The notes beneath the pieces were generated by a model, which saw nothing but the letters and a program-made list of their open reading frames with translations, ran no database searches and was not told the DNA's origin. A stretch of 40,522 nucleotides of DNA, taken from positions 1 through 40,522 of the forward strand of contig LVLI01000074.1 in the NCBI GenBank assembly GCA_001687465.1. Reading direction: 5' to 3'. The stretch comes from Halocafeteria seosinensis (lineage: Eukaryota). Below, one piece after another: positions 10,996 through 23,050 of this stretch. How positions within the stretch are numbered: position 1 is the stretch's first letter; every line of letters begins with the position of its first letter. A program made the translations under genes and the position numbers.

Positions 10996-13900
10996 TTACA
11001 TACGGGCTCGTAGCCTCACCGATTGCAGGGGAACCTGCAGCCAATCGTCGCCCAAGAATACTGTGGTGCCATTCGAAAGCGTTAGATACAGCCGTGCTGG
11101 TTCAGTACTGCGCGCTCTGATACAAAAATGTACCTCATCGTACTCATACTCAAATGGAGTATTTGCGTAGTAGAGTTTTCTTATATGCATTCTCGTACTC
11201 CCTGGAAGGGGGTAAGGTGTTATATGGAGCGAATCATCACGTAGCCTCAACCCTCCGTATCCAAATAGTACACCCTGGAGAAATCCGCCAGCTCCAGTGA
11301 TGAAATTTGGAGTTCCTCCAGAAGGCGTTTCGGTCCACACTTCATACGGTCTTTGAACGTTGGCAAATGACTGATTGAATCTTGCTGCAGCTTCGTCTGA
11401 GTTACCCAAATCGAGTTCTCCAATCGCGTACATGCTCCACGTCACTGGAACCCAATTGGTTTAATTCTTTCCACCTGACGTTATTACACTACAGAGGAGC
11501 AACTTACTTGCGGGGCCGCTGCTCGAAGTTCTGTTAGCATAATACTTCATATCCGCTTTCAGCGACTTCGAGGAGACATTGCCTGTGCCACATGGTCAAG
11601 ATAAGTAGCCGATGCATTTGCTAGAGACTCAGTAAGGCATACCAAAGCCCACTTGCAGAGGAAAGTATATCAGCACAACATCCGCCTGTTTGATGGTAGA
11701 GCCATCGTAATTTTCAAACTCAGGGTGCACGTTATCTGTAAATAGTACTCTACAACACGTCGGCAAGAGCTTCATACGAGTATCTTAAACAAGTCTTACC
11801 TGTCTCATTGTATAAAACAACAATACGCTCCGCCACATTTCTCCATGAGTTACGTTTCTCAGGAAATAGCCCATACTCCTCAGCCAGAGTCGAAGCCCGC
11901 ATCAAGGAGATTCTGGAATCAGAGCGACGCAGTCAGCTGACGCGAAAACGTGTAGCTAAATGCTTAAGGTTCTTGCTTACTTGGCCACGGAGTTAGTGTA
12001 GACTGAATCGTTGGCATGGTCGTGGTACTCATCAGGAGGAATAACATCATCTATGTGCAGCAGTGCAGAGCTATCTTGCAGAGAAGCAGCCAACCTGTAA
12101 ACGGCTTGGTACCAAAACTCATGAACCCTCTTATATTCCCGGCACTCAATTGGCGAACACGGAGGGACTCGATATGTTGCCAGTTCTGACTCAAGATCGA
12201 AGCGTCTACCAAGATACTTGTCTCGGATCGTGGTTCTTGAGTAGTTACAAAACTTGCTCGTAAGGTAGTTCGCGTTATCAAGTAAAACTGGGGGTAACTC
12301 CTCTGCTTCGATAAATTCTGCACCCCTGGAGTCTTTAAGAGCTCCGCACAGCTTCCTCTTTGAGCTATCTATAGTGGCTTTGGACATCCAAAAATCGGCA
12401 ATACCTGTAGGAGTGGCGCAATTCCGCTTGAGGTCAAAACCTTGTCAGTATACGAGGCTCATTTACCTGAAAAAACTGGCATTGCTTGCTCCAACAACCA
12501 TGAACTATCCGATCCGTTGATTGCAGCCCAGTATTGATGGAAAGCAAAGGCCACGTCTCCTGAGATATGGATTTCCCGGAGGCCGGTTGGGGACCACACG
12601 GGACAAGTTTCGACTCCTGTGCCCGAGGACTTCAATTCAACTTCTATCAGGATCTACAGACTAGCTGTTAAACTAACCTGTGAATGCACTTTCCCACGGA
12701 AACATTGCTCCAGAATAATTGTAATTTGAATAAGACTGGGCTTTCTCATATGCTTCGGATAGCCGAGCACGGCGATAATAAAGGATGCTGCGTGCCAGAT
12801 CTGGGTCTAGCATCAACAGAGGGGGATACATCCAAGTCTCAGCATCCCAAAATGTGTGACCTGTCAAAACGCATACATAGTTTCACCAGTACATGACAGC
12901 TACGTGATTCTGTTGCACCTACCGTGGTAGCCATCCGTCAATCCTCCCGGAGACAAAGAGTATGGTCTGTCTTCTCGAATGCTACTCAAAATCGCATACA
13001 AACTGGAATTTATCGCTGCAGCGGCGTCCTGGCGGTTGTCAAGGTTAATTCCTGCTTCCCATTTACCCCCAGCGTAGTTTGAGTCAATACCTTCACCCTC
13101 CCAAGCCCTAGAGTGAAGGCTCCACAAGGCTTGAGCATTTCGCTTCGCGCTATTGTAGTCACGGTGGACAGCATCAAGCAGTGTTTTTGGAGACGAAACA
13201 AATGTTTCCAACGAAGTTCGCACTGCCGTTAAAAAATAGTGAGTCACTTCGGTTGAGTCGATTACTAGGCTCTCCGGAATCGAAGTAGTTGCCACTGCGA
13301 ATTGCGTGTAGCTAGACCAATTTGTTTCCGGCTGCGCGTTTGTTCCGTTCCAAAATATCTGCACACAAGACAGATACCTGCGATTGAGCGTACATGTCAA
13401 GAAATACCCAAGTCCACTTACAACACCGTCAACCTCGGATATGTTGTAGCGCAAAGTACTCGAACTACTCCCGGAGTCATTGCGGAGCACCAAAACAGCC
13501 AAAGGATAGCCACCCAAAAAAGCGCTTGCATCATCGTTCTCTTTGAGGACTTCAAGTTCCATAACCAAAAGATTCGAGTAAACCTGATGAGCGTACCATC
13601 GTTGCTCTACCCAAATCGTGGAATTTGCGTTCGTGCACGTAACAGTGGAATTTTCAGTGCACTTTTCAGAGCTTGGTTCGATGTAGGAACGCCGAAAGTA
13701 GGTAGCTCTAGCCACATCCAATGCACAGTGTCCATTCTCTCCTGGGGCCTCAACATTCAAAGTTGCTGGGAATCGAGCTCGTTGAGATGGCGATAGATCC
13801 GAAAGTCCGCTAAACACTCCACTGACGAAAAAGCTGTCACTCCCAATGATTGTCCCAAGGAATCCATTTCCAATCATGGGCATCTTATTCTGCACCTCGC

Positions 13901-14196
13901 GTCAACAAAAATTAGTCCAAGCCCCTTTACAGCTTAAGGCGCTTGGAATTCAAACGTACCGGAGCTACGGTCGAGTCATTCCAGTGATAAAACATGTTAG
14001 CGTTTTGCACTCGCGGTTGCCACGGCGTCGGTATTGGTTCAGGCGGTGCATAATGCTGTGCTTCGACCGTAGATGTCTCTAACGGCGTCGCTTGTACCTC
14101 ATACAAGGAAAAGGAAGCAGATGAACAGGATCCCGTTATGAGGACGACGGTGACGACCAGAGATCGCAAACATGCCCGATGATTTGGTATTTTCAT
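10996..14196 (-). CDS. Glycoside hydrolase family 65 (PGGHG/acid trehalase-like), secreted
   Basis: Signal peptide. Motifs IGNG, LSPGGL, YHGHTFWDAETWMYP, GAMFPWESA, EIHISGDVAFA, VIPPDEY, IKQADVVL, GPAMTWS, NFITGAGGFLQ. Nine canonical introns of 60-70 nt traced (13890-13959 to 11445-11507). Confidence 0.93.
12068..12370. mobile_element. 294-bp insertion flanked by 9-bp direct repeats inside a GH65 exon
   Basis: GAGCTATCT at 12068-12076 and 12362-12370. Removing the insert plus one repeat gives FWMSKATIDSSALLHIDDVIPPDEY, the usual GH65 spacing. Confidence 0.6.
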
Positions 14197-14672
14197 TGCT
14201 TGTTTGCCGATACCACCCACACAGACACACATAGAAAGAACGGACAAACTTGGACTGCCATAGGCGACAAACCGTATGTAAAGGCAGTAGTATATACACT
14301 GTGATACCACACAGCTTTGAACCCAGCTTCAAGCAGACTTCCACCAAAGTCCAAGGTGGAATTCATTTTCACACCGGCCGTAATGAACAGCCCAAATCAT
14401 GGCTATGCATAAAGCATATCGTAAGTAGAAGTATTCCGTGGAGTTTCACTGCCGCGAATAGTTCCTGCTGAAATCTCCGAAGTGAACGAGGACGACGACG
14501 GTTGGGTTACACTGTCACTTGAACACTGAGGGTTGTTAAATAGTCAATCACGACGCTACATACAGCAATTGATGAATAGGACCCAATAGAATAGAGCGCA
14601 AATAATGAGCCGTTGGCTCTGCTTTGTCACATAATAGCGCTGAACATGCAAATGCTGTAGCCGGTATTAACA

Positions 14673-17600
14673 ATGAGTGTGACGAGTCATTCATCGTCTA
14701 CAGAGCCTCCCCTTGATATCGCTCACATAACGAATGAGCAACACGACTCCACGGTGCAGGTATACGTGTCTGAAACGACGACAGTGAAAGATGTCATCAA
14801 ACACGCAAAGAAGACATTGGGTCTCCACGGGAGCTTCTGCCTCAAAGTAAGTAGACCAGAGAGCATCTTCGGTGTGGGACTATCAAAGTCACATGTCTTC
14901 TCCATAGCAGAAGAGGGACTCTCAGTACAATAGCAATAGCTTAAGCGAAAAACTACTGATGAAGGAATGTATTGCACAAGGTAACAGTTTCACTATCAAT
15001 AAGTCCCCGAGAAGAGCGAAAGCAGTGGAACCTGCTTCAGAAAGCACCCCAGAGACACTTATAGCACCCAGTCAACAGTCATCGATACCAAACAAAAACG
15101 GAGGAATCTACCGCACTAGTAGCTCGTCAGCGCTGTTCCGTTGGACATTCGTACCTGACATGGACAAGAAAGACTCCATCCAGCACTTGCACCGCCTTTG
15201 TGACCAGCTAGAGAGAATTAGCAAGGGCATCGCTTCGGATGTAACGACGTTTACTACTCAACGAAAAGCAGCACCGGAATGTCTCCTTATTCAGGATATT
15301 TTAAATCCAACAACTTCTGCGAATACCATACGCGAGCTATACGATGCTTCCGACAACTGTAGACAGCTGCAAAACCAGTTGGAGACTGAATCCCAAGCAC
15401 TTTTTGTCAGAAAGAAGATACCGCAATCAAATCTAAAATACATAGAAAACGAGAAGTTAACAATGGTTAGTTTCATTCAACGACATGCAAATCCTGATTG
15501 GAGTGGCGATACGCTGGTCAGTGGAGCTCTGGTTCATGTGGCAGGAATCAGGGAGAGGACACTGGCAAATATCGCACACATTGAAACAACGGCACTACTT
15601 GAGGCCATGGAATGGTGCAGACATCACGTACAAAAGTGGGGAAGCATCTCATTTCACTCTCATTGCGCGGAACTAGGAGGGACAGAAACATGGCAGTATC
15701 AAGAAGCCACACTCAGAGTGACTACCTTTACCCCACTTACAGACGCAATTTTGGAATCATACCAAAAGACCATAGATGCGTTGCTTTCTCTATCGGCGCT
15801 TAGGGGCCTTTACTTTAGTGAGCAGAAGCAATTGATTTCATGCATGCAGTGCGTCGCCACACTGACTTCGCCCCAAGTAATAGAAAGGACAGGGAACATC
15901 AACTCTTTTGAAGACTCTGTGGCATCAGACACCAGTTCCAGTCTGACAGAATCAACAGTACAGCCATACAGCGTTTCGGAAGAGCACAGCCTCAATGAAC
16001 TTAAAGAGAACGAAGAATCAGTCGGAGATATTCGATGCTTCGTATTGCCTCCTCAAGCACGGGTGGGTTTGCTTCTCTCTGCATTGGTTTGGGCGTATCG
16101 AGCTGCGGCACTCGAGAACGACGAGGTCTCAACTTACGTACTGACGGAACAAGTTGCAGGAGAGAACACCCGTGCTTCTCGTATTAAAGATACTATTGAC
16201 TGCATAAGAGCGCAGCTCTTCCTTGTTAGCAAAGTATTCACCACAACGACAGTTATCTTTGGCTATAAGAGAAAGCAGAAAAAAACTTCTCAAGGAGACA
16301 CCATGCAGATACGACACCAGCTCGTTTCTTTGGAGGTCGATTCCAAAATAGCTCAGGAACTGGAAGGTATTAAACATTCTGACTCCACAGAAATATGCAT
16401 AAGGGGAGAGTCCGGCTTGCAATTCTTCGCAGCGCCTTCGCTGCAGGCCATAGGTCTCTGCCCTTATGGAAAGGCCTGTTTCCACCAGCTACTGCTTAAG
16501 TTTGACACATTGCGAACACCTGCAGTACAATCTCCCGGAGGTAACGAATATTGGGACCTTTTGCGAGACCTCAACCACCTGTGTGAATCCGTGGAGGCAT
16601 GCGGAAAACGGCGAGTATTTAAACCGAAGTCCGTAGACTCCTGGTACCCTGTTATGTTGGTACTCAGCGTCCTCGGTCGGAAGTCAGTTGAATACCCCAA
16701 GGGTCTCGTGGAACTCATGCAGTCAAATGGAATTGTTTCATTGGAGCCCATAGAAAAGCATCGGAGCGACATAGAAGTGGCCTGCAGGCGAATATATTGT
16801 GGCAACGCACTAGAGCTCACCAATTATCAGAAAACTCTCAAATCGGTGATTTCGAACGTACACTCATCGATTGCGTCAACAAATCAGTGGATGGAAGCCA
16901 ATACCACTATCGAACATATATCTGATTATGTGAAAAACGCATTGATGTCTCGTATTTGCAGTGTACGAGCTGAGGAGCTTCTTAGTGGAGAAAAACATAT
17001 TGCTCAAATCCTCCAACTTCCTGAAGGAGAGATTCGATTGCCCTTTACCATGAAGTGGGAAACTGTTACTCCCATAGAACTCAGAAGATCGTGGATAATG
17101 TATTTAAATGGTTTGCGGAAGAAGACTCTTGATGAGGTCCTAAAACTGGAGATACCAAGCTCCAACAATTACAGGGCTGAACAGTTGGAATCAAAACTGC
17201 GAAATAGTCGGCGAAACGCTCGGAGAGAAAGTATCAGCATTGGTTCCCGCATAAAACTCTCTAAGGAAAGGTGGGGGAAACGAGGTCAAACTGTGAAAAG
17301 GAGGAGTGTGTCTTTCCATGATTCAAAAGACTTTAGCAACAAAGATGCGTCTATGCTCACGTTGGGAAGAACTACAGGTCTCGGAAACATTACAAATAGA
17401 ATAGGGATTAAAGGATGCTCAATGGAGGTAGGGCGACAAGGAAGTACACGACGAAAGTGGTCGAGTGATGGAAGCTTGATCAGTCAGATCGCCTTACTTT
17501 CGTTCGGCGATCCATTCGAAGTTAGACTTTGCGAAAAGCTGGAAATGAAAGACATCTACTTCGAGCCTATAGTTCTAGCAGGTTTCCCTAAAACGGCCGA

Positions 17601-20600
17601 GAATATAAACGGTGATACTAACGGTAGTGAGCCGAATAGAACGGAGAACGCCAAGTACGCTTCGAGCGCATCCTCAACCTCTTCGAAATCCCAACCGGAT
17701 ACCGAAGGTGTAAGCGACCATATGCCAATTGACTTACCGCTGTTTGCTTTCCCCAATGGACTGCAATTGTACCAGTATCAGCGTGCGAGTCACTTTTTGG
17801 AGTTCGTGTTAACAACAGCGGACTCCGCAAGGTTTTATTGCGTCGTGATGTTCTGCTACAGCGAGATATCACCCTCTAGAGTGCGCGAGTGTCTTCGAAA
17901 GGCTCATACCTTTAGCGAGACAGATTTACCTGCATGGCTGAGAACCGGTTCAAATACCAAGATCTACATTCCCCAAGCCTTGGTGGTACTTTCTCGATTT
18001 CCCGTCTTCCGGTGCATGCGAACAATTCTCTCGCAAACTTTGCGCATTAGCATGTCACTCTTAAATCAGAGATCTTCGTCAATCGGCCGCAACCAAACTC
18101 CATGGCCTTTGGAACTTGTTCAAGATCATCCTTTTCTTCAAGCCCTACTGAGCTACTTGGTGTCCAAAGTTCCTGCTCCGCCGAGCGGTGCTGTATCTGT
18201 GGGAGTAACTATAGCGGACGCACACGTTGTGGTAGCACGACCTCCTCCAAACCAACTGCCTCAACTGGACTTACCAGTGCAACTAATATTTCTGTGTCTT
18301 GACATTGAGAACATCCTCCTTGCCTTCACTGCGCTGATGTGTGAAAGAAGTGTAGTGCTGTGTTCTCATTATGCTGCCATTTTGACCCCGGTTGCGGAGA
18401 CGCTGAAATCATTCCTGTTTCCCATGGAATGGGTATCGATGTATGTTCCTTTGTTGCCAATATCTCTATCAGAAATGTTGCTTTCACCTACTCCATATCT
18501 AGTTGGAGTCAATACCAGCGTTACCGAAGTTGTCGACCTCGTTCCCGACGTCGAAGCTGTCTTAGTCGATCTGGATGAGAACAAGGTCACCATGCTCATC
18601 GATGAGCCGCTTCCGCGGATCCCCGACACACTAAAGAAAAAACTGGTAAGAGCTTTGCAAGAGTCGACATATGCTGCATCGAGTAACATGTATAACCTAA
18701 AAGATTTCTATTTCCCACGGACCGCACACGTAGAGAAGCAAGACCAGGAATTTGAGATGTGGGTACAGAGTGAGCTGCCTGAGGAAGAGACAGCAAAACG
18801 ATCCAGTCCCGAAGAATTAGAGGCTGATGATACGTCCACGTCAGCAGTAGGTAAATTTGGAACGAAAAATCATCCCATCTTTCGCTGTAAGGCTTTACAA
18901 GAACAGCTACTCTTAGGAATGGCATGGCCTCGTACAGACCAAAGGCTGTGGAACAATGACGATGTGGAAGCAACCAATGGGGATCCCTCGCCGGAAGAAA
19001 ATGGATGTATTCGTTACATTGACAGTTTTGTCTTCGACACGAACGACGTTTACCACTCTTACTGGAGAAAACTGTGGAACCAGAATGCAACCGTCCAAAT
19101 GCAATGGTGTACGGATGGGTTACGAGAAGTGAGGCTACCAGCGGCGTCGTTCTCGTCAAACAGTCGAAATGTAACCCTGTATCCGGTACGAACACTGGAA
19201 CAATATGAGGCCGCTACAGGTTTCCACATTGTCCCTCCTGTAGGTATGAACTACCTCAAAGATTTCCACGGAAGCCCCCAAACCCTTCAGTCCGCTTCAC
19301 CGCAGCTGGGTGTCCACGTAAGGCCTGGTGACAACCCTAATGGCCCATGGAAATTCAACAGGAGTCACTATTGCTCCGTATTGCCCGTTCATTTAACGCA
19401 AGCAACGACGCAAGTAGTATCTGTGCATGTTGCGGGTACAAAGGACACTGAGATTTCCCTAAGAGAATACTCAAAGTATTATGGAGAACGAATAAGCACC
19501 GCTGCTTCATCAGCCGTAGCTTCATGGGAATGGCACGATTTATCAGGTGATAGTGTTACCGACGTGGATCGGAACGTGGATTCAGAAGGGAAAACATTTT
19601 CAGCCGAAGAGGCGAGGCGTGCATTCCTAAGGCTTTATGTTGGTCTCCTACTGCAGTATCAAAAGTATACCCGATACCACGAGGTTGATACTTCCGAAGG
19701 TTCTGCTTTGACAGTATCGTTCGAGAAGGAACGTTTCCTGGCTGACCAATCCACGCAAATGAAGCAAATGCTGAAGCACATTTTTGGTACTCAGCAGTGG
19801 GAGCAGTTCGTAAGAAGCCTCGTGCCCCCAACATGGCAAACAAACCACGTCAATTTTGACGCACGATTCCTGGAGAGCAGCGTCAGCAACAGTCGCTCGT
19901 TTAAGCTGAATCAGAGCACAGCAGCGAGAACTCGAGAAGATGAGGAGGTGGCGTCCGAGAGGGAAAGTGTGCGTTCCCTCGAGAAGAACACAGGGATACA
20001 GGAGGAACCCAATGCGGATCTATCTATAGCACGGTCAACGTCCGCGGTGCGAAGGACAGACACTCAGATGAACCACTCTCAAAAAGCATCTGAGTGGAAG
20101 CCAAGCTCGCAAGCAGAGTTCCATGATTCCTTGCCAGAGCATATTAGATTTTTCAACGATGCTATCGCCACAAAGCTTAGACGCTCTTATCGATTCCGCA
20201 CGAACAAGGCTGTCGCGGCGAAACTTCCAACGCCTTTCTTTTCATCGAAGGAGTACGATATTAAGCAACATCTCGTCATTGAACCGCTCAAAGTCCCACT
20301 TCTGTGGACAAGCTCAATTGTAAAGCGCAATAAAGGTGGGATTCGACTCCCTGGGCCGGCAACGCCTCGCGCTATGTCTTCTAGGGCAACACGTCGTGTT
20401 GAACGCTCATGGTCGGCAACCCACGATTTCTTCAGCCAGGTACTAGAGAGTCCTGGCAGAAGAGATAGTGAAGGTTTCATTTCTTCTCCTCTGACCAAAG
20501 CGCAACCTAGTCCTACTGCTTCGGGGTTTCCATTGATTGGATCCAATAACAATTCTCCTGTTCGTAGGGTAGACCACTTCCGAGCACCCAATGGCGGTTC

Positions 20601-20643
20601 ACCCCCGCAACTACAACTTCCGAACGACGTGCACGATCGTTGA
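14673..20643 (+). CDS. Large DENN-domain protein (putative Rab GEF) with a ubiquitin-like N-terminus
   Basis: Exon 14673-14846 and intron 14847-14925 join the 1894-aa ORF in frame. uDENN LPLFAFPNG, FVLT; DENN ERSVVLCS, LFPMEW..YVPLLP, PTPYLVGV, VDLD; dDENN AFLRLYVGLL, FEKERFL, TQQWEQFV. Confidence 0.9.
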
Positions 20644-20792
20644 GGAGCTAGAAGGAAGTGTTATGAGGTACTAAAGGAAGAACGCACACCAACAAGTATA
20701 TTCGTTGTGGTACAGATGAACACTACTTATCGTTCTTATCCTCGAGGAAAAGCCAATGTTCATAGCATCTGCCAATAACATCTCATGCAAAC

Positions 20793-22675
20793 TCAGGCGC
20801 GCTGCTGATGATTAAGAGAGGCAGTCCGTCGAACAGCGTCGATTTCGTCAAGGCCACGAATCATTTCTGTAAAGTTTGGCGTACCTAGACCGGAAGCAGC
20901 ATCCCACCCCTGAGTCGCACTAAAACCAGTGGAGCAGCAGGTGACTTGCGTACACCGGTTATTACCTTGAGTAACGTCAGTAAACGCGGCGGGGTACTCC
21001 TTCGCCATCTTATACAACAGAGGGTTTGCAAAGCCTATGAGGCTACCGCCATTCTCCATTCTATGAGCATTCATTAGCGCAATCATACCAGCAAATACGG
21101 GGCATGAGAACGATGTTCCATCTCCATATAGATGTGGTCCCTCTAATTCTACATAATATGCATGACCAAGCGCCGCAACGTCAGGATAGCCTCTACCACT
21201 TGGATTAAAACCTGTGGCTGCAGGGTAAGCTCCCGGCTTGCGTAGATATTCCTGAACAACATCGGCCTGATAGGACGGAGCGGTATCATATTCAGAAAAA
21301 CCTCCTCCAGAGGTAATCAGGGAATTACTTCCCTCGATAGTACATACTACTTCCACCCCACCAACGGAGCAATTAACTTTGCTGCATATGGGACTGTCTC
21401 CTCCGATGCGAACGCTGCTGTACATTGTAGCTCCCAGTGCTGTCACGTAAGGTGAAGACGCAGGAAACATTGGGTTGGTATTGTTTGTTTCGCACTTGTC
21501 GTCATTATACCCATGGGAACCATCATCTCCACTTGCTGCCAACAGTGTGATACCACTGGCTCCTAGTTTCATAAAGTTAATGTTGACCTTTCTTACGTAT
21601 TCTTTACTACCTTCACCATTGGTACAAGGTGGAGAATGTGGTGCTGTGGGACACTGATCTGTCTCAGGAGCTCCAAACGACATAGACATCACATCTGGCA
21701 AATCGTCCCTTGCTCGTTTCAATGCATCGTTCGTGAATTGGAACATCCATTGCTTAACAGTCCAGTACCAATTGGTATTTTTCTGTCCCACTGCTCCTAG
21801 ATACTGAACATCAAGAGTTGACTCTATTGGAGGGCGGGTCGTGTTAAAGGGGCCAATGATCTTATCGATAGTAAACGAATCAATATCGGTCTCCTGGATA
21901 AACGTTTGAACATCGCTAGGATGGTATGCGGGGTAGCCATTAAACTCAATAGCCGATTGTATTGTCTGGGAGGACCCTTTCATGTTGATACCATACTGCA
22001 AGTTGAGTGTCTCAGGAACGACTGTGTAATTTCGCACATCCACGTTTGGTGATAAGCGTCCAAATCTTCCATCGGGGAAGCCAAACAAACCAGAAATAAA
22101 CTCAATTTGATCTTTGACCAGTGGCGGAACCTGAAACGCTCCAGTTACACGATTCACTGCTTTTCGTCGAGCTCCGTTCTTGAACACGTAAGCTGTAGTA
22201 CCAAACACGCGCTCTATCACCTGTACCTCGGCTTTGCATTCCAGGTGTGACCAAAACGATTCACACACCGCTCCTTGGCTGTCAAAATACTGAGTGACTT
22301 TCTGGACGATGTTTGGCTCGGTAGCAGTCAAACGATTAAGTGCTTCGGTACTCCAATATTTTCCATACGAAGGGCTGCAAAGAGGTATGAAGTTGGACAC
22401 AACATTGCCTTTTCGAATTCTGCTTATGGTCCTTACCTATCGGGATCGGTCACTGAATGGAAGACTTCCTCCAACTTGTCCAAGTTGGAATCCGGCAGCG
22501 CCACGTCAAATCGCATCAGCGTTTCCGGTGGGCATCTCTTGGCAATTGTCCACTCATCTCGGCGAATACCAGGAGACGCTCTTGCCCCTCGAGGAGCGAA
22601 AAGAATCAGTATAGGTATGGCCATCATCACGACAACCGTGGCTCGCTGGGGAGTGAGGACGTTGATTCCCAGCAT
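20793..22675 (-). CDS. Tripeptidyl-peptidase 1-like sedolisin (peptidase S53)
   Basis: Hydrophobic leader, prodomain (VTDPDSPSYGKY across intron 22375-22436), catalytic ESTLD, ASGDDG, GRGYPDVAA, GTSFSCP, GWDAASGLGTP. Start could alternatively be 22627. Confidence 0.93.
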
Positions 22676-23050
22676 TTCCCGTTTCCTGTTGCATTCATTC
22701 ACAAAACGACTCCCGGGAGCTTGACAGTCAAAGAAATAAGTAATCCGCCTGGGGGAAGTGAGTAAAATGTGGTTACCAACTCTGAAAAAATGGGTGAAAA
22801 TGCTTTGTTCTTCGGTCAACTCCGGCGTTGGGTTGAAGTTGAGTCCGCAGGTTGGCTATACAGATCAATTGGCTGAGTTTGATAGACCGATCCTCGTCGG
22901 ACATATTGTCTATCTTATTGAACATTATGTTCGTGGGGTCTTTGAAGCAGGAGAGAACTTAATTGAGCAGAAAACGCGGTAACGTCGGCTTGGAATCGGT
23001 GACGCCATCCCAGGATCTCTCTTATTAAGATCATTTAACCTTTACACGCG

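Noticed and set aside
13359..13421. Stop-free in-frame segments in GH65 (also 27143-27226 in C45 and 30632-30718 in XPD) as protein insertions
   Set aside because: Each has a strong GT donor, a CAG acceptor and typical intron length, so they are ordinary 3n introns.
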